NCBI GenBank assembly: GCA_964658305.1
Contig: OZ210885.1
Coordinates: 1,674,001-1,738,000 of the forward strand
Direction of reading: 5' to 3'
Length of the DNA: 64,000 nt
Origin: Leptogorgia sarmentosa
Taxonomy: Eukaryota
Part shown: in pieces, positions 1-12,168 of the stretch
Numbering within the stretch: the first letter of the stretch is position 1
Layout of the letters: each line of letters begins with the position of its first letter
The notes under the pieces: model-generated
What the model was told of the DNA's origin: nothing
Seen by the model: only the letters and a program-made list of their open reading frames with translations
The model's database searches: none
Program-made: the position numbers and the translations under genes

Positions 1-540
1 GTAAACGACATGTTATTACAGAAAAGTGTAAAGAAATTGTACAAATTGTAAAGTCTCGTACGTAGGATACAGACAGCGAGTGGACAGCGCGTTCAATTCA
101 AGAGAACGAGCGAACAAAGGACGTACGAAAGAAAGAGAAAATTATTGGGGATTGGTGATACTCGAATAATAGGTGAATGGCATAAGCTTTGTTAACTTAT
201 AGTCATATATTTATTTTAGCAGTTCATTTATATTCAGATTTATTTTATTCTGTAATAAGGTTTGTATTTATTCAAATGGTTTAGTATGTCCAGAAGTAAA
301 AACTATAGTATTCATATAAACACGTGCGATTAAAATACAATGTTTACAATTGTACATCATACGTATTTCCTGGTCTGCACTTCCTGTGGCAATTGGCATG
401 TTAGTGACGAGATTGGATGAGATTAGTCACCTGCCTAGTATAATAAGTGCCGCCTGACACTAATCTTTTAGTTATTATAGTATATAGATTCTGGCGAATC
501 GCCTGCACCATTTACTTTTCACATTCTTCACGATTGACGT

Positions 541-583
541 TGAACTGTAAAGGTCAATCAAGGTGAATTAGGTGTATATATAT
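541..583 (+). promoter_or_regulatory. Putative CYP proximal promoter with clustered nuclear-receptor half-sites and a TATA-like tract
   Basis: TGAACT-gtaa-AGGTCA-atca-AGGTGA at 541-566 (everted pair plus DR4-like pair). TATATATA follows at about 575-583, roughly 100-140 bp upstream of the ATG at 685. Motif match only. Confidence 0.3.
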
Positions 584-684
584 TTACACGAACAAACAAG
601 TTGGAACAAGGCGAAGGATCGATCGAATTATTTCAGAACGTAGTCTATATTTTTCTCCAAATCAAGCAGGACTGACAAGCAATT

Positions 685-3600
685 ATGCTTTCACTGGTTT
701 TAGCTGCAATTATCTTAACCGTGCTGTGTATTTGGATTGCTTGGAAGCGTGTCCAACTATGTCAAATTATTTCGCAACTACCTGGTCCAAAGTCTTGGCC
801 TGTTGTTGGCAATGCTTTGCAACTCAAAAGAGATCCACATGGTATGACGTTCTTTATAATAAGATAATGTATATAGATATTTTCAAATCCTCTGTAAGAA
901 ATGAATAAACCAAGTAAATTTTGTTTCATAATGCCAGATGATAATAATTGGTTTGGTACAAATACAGTATATCCTCTGGCTTTAAATAGTTCATTACAGG
1001 CAAATTCTACCACACATTGATGGCAACTCAAATCTGGTGCTTAGATGGGGGGGGGGGGGGGGCATCTGGGGCAAGGGCACTCTGGGCTTGGCCTGCTCAA
1101 GAACTAGTTAGGCTACATTTGGATCAGTAGTTGGGCTGTATCATGTCATTTAATTTCTTGAAATATTCTAAAAAATCAAAATATGAGCCCATTTATTATC
1201 AATCTTCCTATGCCACTCATGATGGTCATCCAGTGGTGTAATGAAACCTCCTGGTGTCCCTCTGTCACCACTCCAGGACTCTTTATCAGTACCTATAAAC
1301 AAGTTACAGTACAAGTGTTCAACCTCATGCCCAAGTTAACCACAATAATATAACCAAATGAACTAAGTATAGGTGGATCCCTTCTATAATTAGGCCTTCC
1401 TTGACTCCACTCCCCTTCCCCTCTCTTTACCTGACATGCCATTCTGTTACAACGCTGTGATAACTTAATCTAAAACAACTTGGTTTAAAACAGTTTCCTA
1501 AAATATCAAAGTTGGATTTTACAAATGACTTGAAGTCTTTGTACATGTATATAGAATTCTTGATGCAGGTGAAAGGTTGGGCAAACGAATTTCAAACACA
1601 AGGATTATTCTGTATCTGGTTAGCACAGAAACCTATTGTCCTCATTTATAAACCTGAATATGTCGAGGTACAGTGTTGTATTATGTCATTTTGTTCTTAC
1701 ACTTCATATATAGATGAACCTAACCTGTAAGTGAAAATTTCAATGAACTGGTGTCAAGTAGGAATAGTTAGGAAATAAGACTTAAGTTGGCCATATTTGA
1801 TGCATAAGAGATACTTAATTAATTCATAAATATACAAATTACAGTAAATATCAGGAAGTAGTCTTGTTTAATGGAGAAATTTCAATAACATTAGGGAAAA
1901 AATGCAATATGTAAGTGCTATTATAATTATTCACTTTCAGGAGTCACCAAGGGCGTCAATCCGTCCCAAAAAGTGGGGGGGGGGACCATAAGCGTACGAG
2001 CTACATTTTTTCAGGGGGGGCAGAAAGATATTTGCCCGAATTTGAGGGTAGTGAATGTCACGAGGCGCCACCATGGTTGGCGCCGAGCGAGAAATTTTTG
2101 AAATTTTACAACCTCTGGATTGCCGGAAACGGCGATTTCAGAGTCCTAACTCCACTTTCTTGGTACGCTCGTTCAGGTGAACGACTGGAGGATTGTTGAC
2201 ATTACCTTATTCCTCAGATTTTTGCCCGAATTATGCTCAAATTCAAGGCCCGAATTTTCCGATTTGAATTTTGGCGGGGGGGGGGGGGGGGGGCAGTTGC
2301 CCCCTTGTAGCCCCCGCCTCGTACGCCTATGGGGGACAAAAATCTGTCTGTTGTAAAATAGTAATGTGCCCCTTTCTAGAAGGGTCTGGGGGCATGCTCC
2401 ACCGCAAAATTTTGAAATTTGAAACCTCATGCACAAATGCCATTTTCAGCGTTCTGGAGACGAGTTTTACTATCCGCCCAATTTCTTGCCTAAATTATGA
2501 GAATTTTTTGTCGATGTGGAATGTGTATTATTTTAATACGTATTATTTTTAATAAAACAATAAATATTTGAATCGAAATGATTTCTTTAACAATTATATC
2601 AATTGTACATAAAATGATCAATAAAAACAAAAGCAAATTTGAACGTGTGTACGTGGCTGAGGTCCGTTTATTGCCTTTCCAATTAGGATTTCATTCGCAG
2701 AACTATTCGATGGCTCCGAACAGTTTTCTTCTGATCTCAGATTGTTGATTGTACTTGACAATTCACGATGTAAACCATACAGGCATGGGGTTTACATGAG
2801 ATTACCAAAAAACAATTTTTTTAAACATGATAAAAAGTGGAGGGGATAATTAGATATTCGTCCCCCCCACTACAAAAAGTGGGGGGGACGCTTCCCCCCC
2901 AGGATTGACGCCCTTGGGAGTCACGGTTATAAAAAAAGGACACCAGTAATAATTTTTGATAGAAAATAAATAGGAATTTATCCAAATATTTTATGGGCCT
3001 GATGTTTCAGCTAACTTGATGGGAATTGGCATCTTATTGGTCTTGTATAATAATCAAAACTGCATTAGATTTGAACATGGTTTTTGTTTAATTCATTGTT
3101 TAATTGCAATGTAGGTATTACTGTCAAGTCAGAAAAATATTACTAAAACATCAATGTATGATTTTCTTCATCCATGGCTCGGAACAGGTAGGACTAAACA
3201 TACCTGAAAAAAATTATGTAGTTATGAAAAAAGCATGAAAACATACTCTGATTGGTCGTTTATTTTAATACACTTGTCTGTTCTACTTGCAAAGTTATAT
3301 CATAGGCAGCATTATGATAATACTAATTACGCACCTGAGGCCACAACCGACTGAGCTAATTTTGAGCTAATTTCGGCAGTGTCACTATGACAATAATGTT
3401 TTTCAATACGTATCTTCATGTTGTATCTGTACATTAAACGTCATTGGGTTTGAGGTGATAATAACTGACTTATGCTCAGTTTTATAGGCAATAAACATAG
3501 TGAGTGATAGTGTACCCGTGCAACTTGTGACGTCACAAGTTGTACTGAGTCAGCAATTTATATTTTGCGAATTTTGCAAAAACTTCCCAATTAAAAGGAT

Positions 3601-6600
3601 AGTGTTTAGTGTATTACCCACTGAGCTATAATAGTCTTCTTGTAGCTCAGTGGTATTACCGTAAAAGGCCAATTGGTTGTTTGCAATGGCGTGAATTTGG
3701 AATTTCAGTTGACGGGCAAGTAGGATAAAAATCCATCCATTAGAAACATTTTAAGAGTTAGAGACATTTTGAGTCCTGATAGATGTGTTAGATGTTCAGT
3801 TTATCTCGCTACAACCACTCAGATACTGAGAAAAATCGTTCACAAGTTGTTCAATTGCCCGGCGTCATTTGGGGGAAAAGTCACCTGATTGCAAAACAAG
3901 CAATTGGCTTATTTTTTCATGCTTTTTCAAATTCATGGAAAACAATAATTGGCACCAACAACCATTTTTGTATCAATGTACCGCGGGTGGCGCAAATAAA
4001 AGTACAACTGTTTGATTACTTATAACTCAAAAACCATACGCGGTAGAACCCTAAATGGAGTTTCATTGCATCCAGCGATGTCTAACTTAAATTTTGGTAT
4101 ATTTGACAGGCATTTTCGTCCAAGATTGACTGAGATATGAGAGTTCAAACGTTCGTTAACAATTTTGAAACCTTCACAAATTAGCTAAAAACGGCCTATT
4201 AACGACGTATAAAGAGATGTAGCTACCGTGTTCCGGATCGTGTAAAACAAACATCTATTCGTTAGGAAATGCATGTCCCCGAGCACGAATGCAGCGTCTT
4301 GCCAACTCTTTGGTCCTTCGTTAAACGAGGCATAATTATTACTTAAAAGCATACGAGGCGACATTCGCATTTTAGAATTCAGTTCATTCCCTTTGGACGT
4401 CGAATTAAAATTCAGAAGAAAACTTTTAATCAACCTTGCCTTGTAGCTTAATTTCTCTGTTGCCGAACAGCCAACAAAAACGAGAAAGCATCTCTGTTAC
4501 AAGGAAGATGAAATCTGCACTTCAACTACGTTTGTTAAAACACTGCTTATGATAAAATAGTGACGCGGTTATAAATAGGCCGTTTTTAGCTAATTTGTGA
4601 CCGTTTGAAAATTGTTCACAAAAGTTTAAACTCTTATATCTCAGTCAATCTTGGACGAAAATGCCTGTCGAATACACCAAAATTTAAGTTAGACATCGCT
4701 GGATGCAATGAAACTCCATTTAAGGTTCTACTGCTTATGGTTTCTGAGCTATAAGTAATCAAACAGTTGTACTTTTTTTTGCGCCACCCGGTATTAATAG
4801 CGTTTAAATAATGATGATTTTGTTTAACAATTCGTTTTTGCTCTTTTAAAGGTCTGTTAACAAGGTTAGTAATATCTGATTATTAATGCATGAAAGCATA
4901 TTACTGATCACACAATTTCATTTATATTAAGTTTAGCTTTATTATTAACAAACCAATTTCACAATTTGGACTTTCAAATGTACAATATTGTAATGTTGCT
5001 TTAAAAAATTCATTTCTGATGTTTCGTCCAGTTGTTCCCACTTCGCAGGTGAAAAAAATGGCGCAAGCGAGACATTCAAACATGTGAATAAGATTATTTG
5101 GTTTTCTATTTCAGCACTGGTGACAAATGGAAATCTCGCAGAAGACTTTTGACACCGACATTTCATTTCAAAATTTTAAACGAATTTGTTTCCATTCACC
5201 AAAAACAATCTAAGATCCTGATTGAATTACTTCAGGTAAGGCAGTCCACTGTACAAATTATTATAAATATATTCTCGAACTGTAATATTAAGGAAGTTTA
5301 AAAATGTTACACTACAGTCTGATGTTTCAACAGGACCGAAACGATGGCAAAAGGCAAGAGAGGGGGCAAAGAGAGAGGGGGGCAAAGAGAGAGGGGGGGG
5401 GGGGGGGGCAAAGAGAGGGGGGGGGCAAAGAGAGTGAGTGGAGGGGGTCATTCTCGAAGAGCAACTTTACCGATAAAAAGCTTTTCTGTATCTTGACATA
5501 AAAAATTCTAAATCAACCAACTATTGAAGAAAATAGGCTAATATTAACTGGATTATGTGGTCATCCTTTGAGCGTTCTGTTTGAAGTTAACGGTCATTCT
5601 TTTTTAAATCGCCCGTAAATCCGTCCTCCGTACATCTCGGCTGTGTACATGCTGTTTATTCCCAAGGCAGTCGCTTATCTTATTTATACAGTATCCTCCC
5701 GAAAAGCCTATTGTCGTTAACAGTGGAAGCGAAGGACATGTTAGTTGGCATTAAAAATACCTATCCGAAATCTAAAGGGTATTCCCACCCCTCTTGCCCC
5801 CCTCCTCTTACCAGTTCCAGCGTCCCTCAATGTCTGGTCATCATTGTGATTACATTTTAACATCAGATGTACAGGCACGGATAAACTTTTAATTAATATT
5901 TCTGCACTAAATGTATTTCAGGCTAATGCTGACAAAGGTGAATTCGACATCGTTCCATACATCACACTTTGTGTCTTGGATATCATATGTGGTATGTCAT
6001 GATAATATTCTGAAATATATTCTCTAATATTCTGATAATATTCTGTAATCCAGCCAATCAGCGCTCAGACAGGGTTGTCCGAAGTCCGAACAGAAATCCA
6101 TTTTGCTGTATTCGCTCCGTCATATCTTTCGTTATTTTCTGTATGAAACTAGTTGAAATGTGTAATTATGTTTGGTTGTTAAAACTATACTGTGACAAAA
6201 ATTTGGAATCGAAGTCCCAGTCCTTTTTCGCGTACTGAGATAACCTGATAGGAAAGCATGAAAAAATAAACGCCTTATCACAGAATCTCCAAGTTAAATG
6301 CTTGAGAAACCTAAAACTCTTATTGTGTTAAAAAAACCCTTTCCCAGCAGACAATTTTGCGAAATATAAGAGAAAACAAACTCCGAAAATAAACCTTGTA
6401 AACTCAAGATATGAGTTGTTAGAAAACAAGACACAATATTCTGGGTGATATTTCGACAATGACTTTGAAATAGAGTTGATGTTTATTTTCGGAGTATGTT
6501 TTTCTCTTATTGTGTTGTCTGTTTCTTTTCCAACCACAACACTAGACTGGAGTGTTGAAACATGCGATTGTTGAATTTAGAAACGTCCATGGGAGTTGAT

Positions 6601-9600
6601 ATTAAAGCTCAATTTGGAAGCAACTCAAAGTATACTGAAACCGTATTCAGGTAATTTATGTAATAGTAGAAGTGCGCTATCTTTGTCAACTGGAGAAGTA
6701 AATTTCATATTTCCAAGGATCCATGATTACATTTTTGATGGTATATAAACCAACCCCGCCTCCAATAATAACTGGTATAACAATATACGCAAACTGTACT
6801 CGAATATATTGGTTCATTTAAATGCAGTTAATCACAAATCACAGTGTAATTTTCTGTAATCACATTGTCAAAATCTGTACTCAGAGCTGAAGCGACAGAT
6901 TGTTTACATGGCAGCCGCACTGCATAAAGTAGAAATTCCGTTCTGATCGAAAATATGGCTGAAATTATCTCAAACAAGACTAACAAAAGTTACTTAATTA
7001 AACCGTTATTGTTTTAAAATGCGAATAAGTAAGCAAGAAAACTCTACCGGTGAACTTTCGCTGTGAAATGTAAGATAAAACCTTCAATTCACGCATGTCT
7101 CTGATTGTTTTATGTAAATTATTAAAAAAAAGTCGCTACCTAAAGGTTATTCGTGAAATTTGGAGATAACATGCAATCGCGTGAGTTTTTCAAGGACCTC
7201 AAATAGCATTGTTTTTCAGGTCAGGTCTTTGTATAACTTGCATGTTATATCCAAATTGCACTCTAAATCATGCTATTACCAATACTTATACGTTATTTTG
7301 TTATATTATTGTAACAAGTGAAAAATCGACAACATTCACACTTGATTGCTATAATATTTTTATTATTCTCGTTAGCATTTGCGAACTTATTCAAGAACGT
7401 CAGAAATTCCCATGGCTTTGGCCTGATATAATTTATAACATGACGTCATCCGGAAAAAAGCACCAAGAAGCTCTCAGTATTCTCCATGGCTTTACAAACA
7501 AGGTACATTGCATGATGAAGCTTTTACAACAATAACAAATAATGCTGGTCAAGTATGGCGTCAATAATGCAAGGGAGCCACAATTAATTGGCAAATGCGG
7601 CTAGCGCACAATCTCTCACTACTATTCTCGTCCCTAATGTCTTTTTTTGCTCGGTTCCTCGTGGAAAATAAGGCTCTGGGATCGATGTCGAGAAGGAGAT
7701 ATCTGATTGGCTGTTCAGTATAACTGCTAATTCCTTGAAATGTGCAACTTTTCATTTTAGTGGGGATTTTAACACAAAACCAGTAGTGATACTTTTCATA
7801 GTGATATCTTTTTAAATGTATGAATACTTCATGTAGTACTCCTAGAACCTTTCGATTCACAGCCATGTGCATTGAAAACTAGTGCAGAAAACGTGAATTT
7901 CCGGAATGATCATTTCCAGGGCTCTGGCGGTTGCGCACGGCCGCAAGAGCTTGGGGACGAATCGATGATGAATCACTACTGGCACAGAGCATATATCAGA
8001 CAGAGGTCTAACTACATATTGAACAGTCACATTTTCATGTACCCATTTTTTTAATGCGGCCTGGCAAAAAAATAATCAACTACGCATGCTCGGCAAGTTT
8101 ACATTTTGTCGTCATCAGGCCATCAGGTCGTCATCCAATCAGGTGAACGTATCAAGTAACTTGCCGAGCATGCGCACAAAAAAGTGGGTGCAACAGTTAG
8201 ACCTCTGCATGTAATTACTCTGTGCTACTGGTTAAAGCTAGGTCTGGTATACGCCTATTCGCCGTTTGAGTAACTTTTTAAATAATGCTTGAAAGAAATT
8301 AAATTATATTGTATTTCACTGTAACTAAAAGTTGATCGAATCACTGCTAAATGCCTTTCTAAATTGCAGGTAATCGATGACCGTATTGAACAGCGCAAGG
8401 GAGAGCAATGTACAGATGGAAGATCCGCAAATGTTGGTTCGATATATTCATCGAGCAATCGTCGTATCCGAGCATTCCTTGATATGTTACTGGAGGAATT
8501 TGATCAAGGAAATATTTCGAAAGAAGGAGTGAGAGAAGAAGTGGATACGTTTATGTTTGAGGTACGATTTCCAACAACATCCCAGTGTATTGTTCGAATT
8601 GAACGAAAGAATTCTTCAACTTTTCCCTTTTTCGTCGTTTTACGGTGAATGAACGACGAAACAGGCTGTAGCAGCAACCTTTTTGAGACAAAACTATACT
8701 GTTTGCTGTATGTATATGGTATTAAGCATTCTTTTGGCATTTCGTTAACCAAAACGCTCTCGTTTTCCAGGGATATTAATTGCAATACTTATGCTAAAAC
8801 GATAAAACTGGTATCGCCTAGTCCTCATTTAAAGCCCCAATAGTATTATGTTTTATTATATGGCAAGTGTTTCTGAGCGGCACAGCATTCTCACATTCTG
8901 ATTGGTTCCTGAGCGGTCGGTAACCTGCAGTACGGACCGCTCTGGTTTAGCGACGTCGGTTGTTTATTGAATCAAGCGACAACGAAGACGAAAGAAGTTA
9001 AAAACATGTTTGAACATTCTGTTCTTTTTTTGGTAACCAATAACATTTTAGTTCGGCGAGAAAAGAACTCGACCGTGCAGTATCCTCCAGTACGGACCTC
9101 ACACTCAATCAATAACATATATATAATATCCCCTGTGACCGGTATTTTAGGGCCACGACACAACAGCAGCGTCATTGCAGTGGGTTGTTCATCTGCTTGG
9201 TCATCATCCCGACGTTCAATTACGTTTACAGGAGGAAGTGGACAAATTTTTCGGTCAGTAAATTGAGTAAGGACTTTGAGTGCTGGCTTAAAGGACAGTG
9301 GCGGGTTACTGGTTGCCGGGCCCGTACGCTGAGTAAAATTCGCGGGCCTTGAGATGGTATTGTCCGGCTCAGCTATAAATGGTATCACATCTCGTAGCAG
9401 GAAGAGTCCAGAGCATAAAACCCTGTTCTGTGACGTTCAAGAGGTCAATATTCATGAACCAAGGAAGACAGCAATAACACTACTGCAATTAGCTAACGTC
9501 GCATCTGAATGCTTATTTAGTAAAAAGAGAAAAATTGAGGAAAAATCCATTCCCTAAAAAATCACGGGCCTCTCAAAGCCTGCCACTCTTAGAGAGACTT

Positions 9601-12168
9601 ACACGTCAACCATCAAGATATTCATCGTTACTCACGTCATCTCACTACCATACCTCTGTGATTTCAAATTGTCCAGTTCGGCAATATTGTAGTTATTATA
9701 TAAGTGTGTTCATTTCTGCCAAAGTAAGGGGTACATTGTGAAGATTTCATAATAAATGATGTAGTTAAACTTAGTTAAATTTCAAAAATATATTTCACTG
9801 AGTTAATATAATATTTCACCGGCCTAAAATTTTTCGCAATCCTGTAAGCAATCTGGCGTAGGTTAAGTTCGGTTGTTTTCCTGTGAGCCTATGGCTGTTT
9901 GCTATTTTGTCACTTTGTGCTTCCTTCATGCAGAATGCTAACAACAATATGCTGTTTTCTTTACTAGAATCTGTACCTGCTGATGGTAATATAGTACCAG
10001 GACAACTCAAAGATTTAGTTTACCTGGAATGCGTAGTGAAGGTATGTTAATTACACCTTGGCAAGGAATACACGTTTTCATTTAGGGCGTTCTGTAATTA
10101 TCTGTTATAATAACTAGCTACGTCACAACCTCGTTCCCAGGCTCTTGATCCTCTCGCTCCTCGCATCAAGAGCCTGGGAACGAGGTTGGCTACGTCATGG
10201 TAACATTATGACTTGGCCAAACCTGGATTTCCTGAATAAATTTTTAGGCTATCATAGCTTACACAGGCTACAATTAATTTCATCATCACTTCACTATTGA
10301 ATATTTCAGGACAGTGAAAAATGAAAAACATTTGCAGATTGAATGATGTCGTTTTTTTATCAAAATTATTCTTCATTGCAGGAAGCTTTGCGATTATTTC
10401 CATCAGTGCCATTTCTGGGCCGTGATTTGTCGGAGGAATGTGAACTAGGTAGCACATTTATTTGTTCAGTAATATGAGAGTGCAAATGTATACTGTCCAG
10501 CTTCTAATGATTTCGAATTAGAGCAGCAATTTCTTATCGCTATTTCAATATTGCTAATAATTATTTCCACTGTGTTTGAAAGAGTAATTATAGCTGCATA
10601 TCTGCATGACATAACATAAGAAGAACAAACTATTTTTCTAGCGAAAACAATTAGTAACATAATAGTTGGCAATTTTCCATTTATGCTGGTGGAAAGCACC
10701 GAGCCGATTTAGGTACCCTTGCCCAAGAATTATACACGTTGTTTCAACATAGGGATTAGTTTTCCATTGCAGTCGCTTTGCCCGCGCGAGAAGACTGTTG
10801 AGGGCGTTACTTGTTGAAGTGATTACTTCAATTGGTATCTGCATGTTACCGTTGGCTTGTCAGTTGCGTGAATACCATGCACTATGCAGGTTTTTCTCAG
10901 TCTATTTTCCTTACCAACAAGACTCGCTTGCATGTAAAGAGAACCTATCTCGTCAGTTTTAGGATTGGTTTCAAATTTGTTTCGTTTCGTTTCATTAATT
11001 TCATCACAGCTGCACATGCATCAGCGCACTTGTGTAACAACAAACAAATCACTGTAGGAATTGTTTACTCTTCAGGTCCATACTACATTCCTAGCGGCTG
11101 TACTGTAATGTTGGCGACGAAGCCATTACACTGTAATCCTGAAGTATGGGATGATCCCGAATCTTTCATTCCAGACAGATTTCTTTCTGAAGCTAACACT
11201 ACAAGAAATCCTTTTGCTTATGTTCCTTTCTCAGCTGGACCTAGGAACTGTATTGGTATGTATGTGGGTAATAGAAAGAATACTTACAACTATTTATTCT
11301 AAGAGCGGCAATTTTTGTCTTGGTTCAATGAAAAAACAACATATTTTTGTCGAGAATTGAAAATACTACAAGAAAACACTAAAATCGTGGGCCCAGGCAT
11401 TCTTTGAAATTGGATAATATGAATGTAATTAGTCGAAACATTTAGCATATATCCATCATACATTAATATTGCCGACTGGATTTTACGACTATAGAATGAA
11501 AGAAAATTACACGGCGGTTTGAAGATATGGGGCCGGTTGTATAAAAATGTAGTTAAAGTTAACTATATTTAAGTGCGAAAATCGCCAATCAAAAACGCGT
11601 ATTTCAAAGTTAACTACCATTTAACTAGCTGCGAAACGGGCAGTTAAAACGTAGTGAAGAGTTTTATACAACTGGCCCATGAACTTTATCTTCTCGTGGC
11701 AAAATGATATTTTACTCATTCGTAAAATATTGCTTTCGATTCATATCTTCGCACTGCCGTATAATATCCTTTATAATACGGGTCTATAAATGATATACAT
11801 TTCATGTCAATTGATGGCTGATTATGCTGAATATAGTGGGAAATCTCGTACCCTGAGCCTGCGATTTTCATTTGGAAGAATCTATAGTCGATTACTCCAT
11901 CTCGATTTCCACGAGGTAAAGTTGAATCAGGCGACCATCTCAAAGAAAAGGAAATCTCAAGCTGGTAATCGAATTGCTAAGTATCCGCGTTTTCTTTCTT
12001 TTAGGACAAAAATTTGCAATGATGGAGGAAAAAGTTATGTTAGCCTCAATTGTACACCGTTTTAACATCACGTCCACCCAGGTGACTGACGATATTAGGA
12101 AAACTCCTGAAATTATTCTGAAATCCATGGAAGGAATAATGGTGAAACTGGAAACGAGACAGCATTAG
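685..12168 (+). CDS. CYP4V2: Cytochrome P450 family 4 (CYP4V-like), 14 coding exons, about 507 aa
   Basis: Exons read from GT-AG sites: 685-841, 1555-1667, 3115-3187, 4852-4864, 5115-5235, 5922-5991, 6581-6650, 7376-7502, 8370-8561, 9151-9253, 9968-10041, 10382-10448, 11076-11255, 12005-12168 (sum 1524 nt, in frame). Motifs: N-terminal TM anchor plus [32 protein letters not shown]-helix [23 protein letters not shown], heme loop [16 protein letters not shown] at 12191. The symbol means CYP4V2-like; orthology is not proven. Confidence 0.93.
1948..2916. mobile_element. Non-autonomous hAT-like DNA transposon in CYP intron 2
   Basis: TIRs caagggcgtcaatcc / ggattgacgcccttg; perfect 8-bp TSD ggagtcac at 1940-1947 and 2917-2924. 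Confidence 0.85.
1987..2331. mobile_element. hAT-like MITE nested in the 1948-2916 element
   Basis: TIRs cataagcgtacgag / ctcgtacgcctatg flanked by ggggac. A second copy of the same family lies at 63061-63499. Confidence 0.8.
3619..3652. mobile_element. 34-bp transposon remnant, candidate excision footprint
   Basis: cactgagcta...tagctcagtg flanked by a perfect 8-bp duplication gtattacc (3611-3618, 3653-3660). Termini match the element at 41030-41732. Confidence 0.65.
3981..4791. mobile_element. Tc1/mariner-like foldback MITE with about 220-bp TIRs
   Basis: 3981-4200 is the imperfect reverse complement of 4574-4791; TA on both sides. Confidence 0.8.
4852..4864 (+). CDS. 13-nt microexon of the CYP4V-like gene, encoding (G)LLT(S)
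   Basis: tttaaag|GTCTGTTAACAAG|gttagt. It is needed to join the phase-1 end of exon 3 (WLGTG) to the phase-2 start of exon 5 (STGDKW), and it restores the CYP4 motif GLLTS. Confidence 0.9.
7976..8231. repeat. Palindromic MITE-like element
   Basis: Inverted pairs cagaggtctaact/agttagacctctg and gcatgctcggcaagtt/aacttgccgagcatgc. Confidence 0.55.
10126..10188. mobile_element. 63-bp hairpin mini-transposon with 9-bp TSD (MULE-like)
   Basis: Perfect 24-bp TIR caacctcgttcccaggctcttgat; TSD gctacgtca at 10117-10125 and 10189-10197. Confidence 0.8.
11530..11678. mobile_element. Harbinger-like MITE inserted into a palindromic repeat
   Basis: TIRs gggccggttgtataaaa / ttttatacaactggccc; 3-bp duplication atg. 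Confidence 0.6.

Noticed and set aside
340..400. First exon of a divergent minus-strand gene (donor-like GTATGA, ETS-like acttcctgt)
   Set aside because: Only short motifs are present, with no coding support inside the window.
5340..5450. G-rich tracts and Gly/Pro-rich ORFs (also near 1047, 2276, 26879, 49751, 63357)
   Set aside because: These are poly-G/C runs typical of MITE subtermini, and the ORFs are low-complexity artefacts.
10832..11302. 156-aa ORF as a standalone gene
   Set aside because: It is CYP exon 11076-11255 plus intron read-through.
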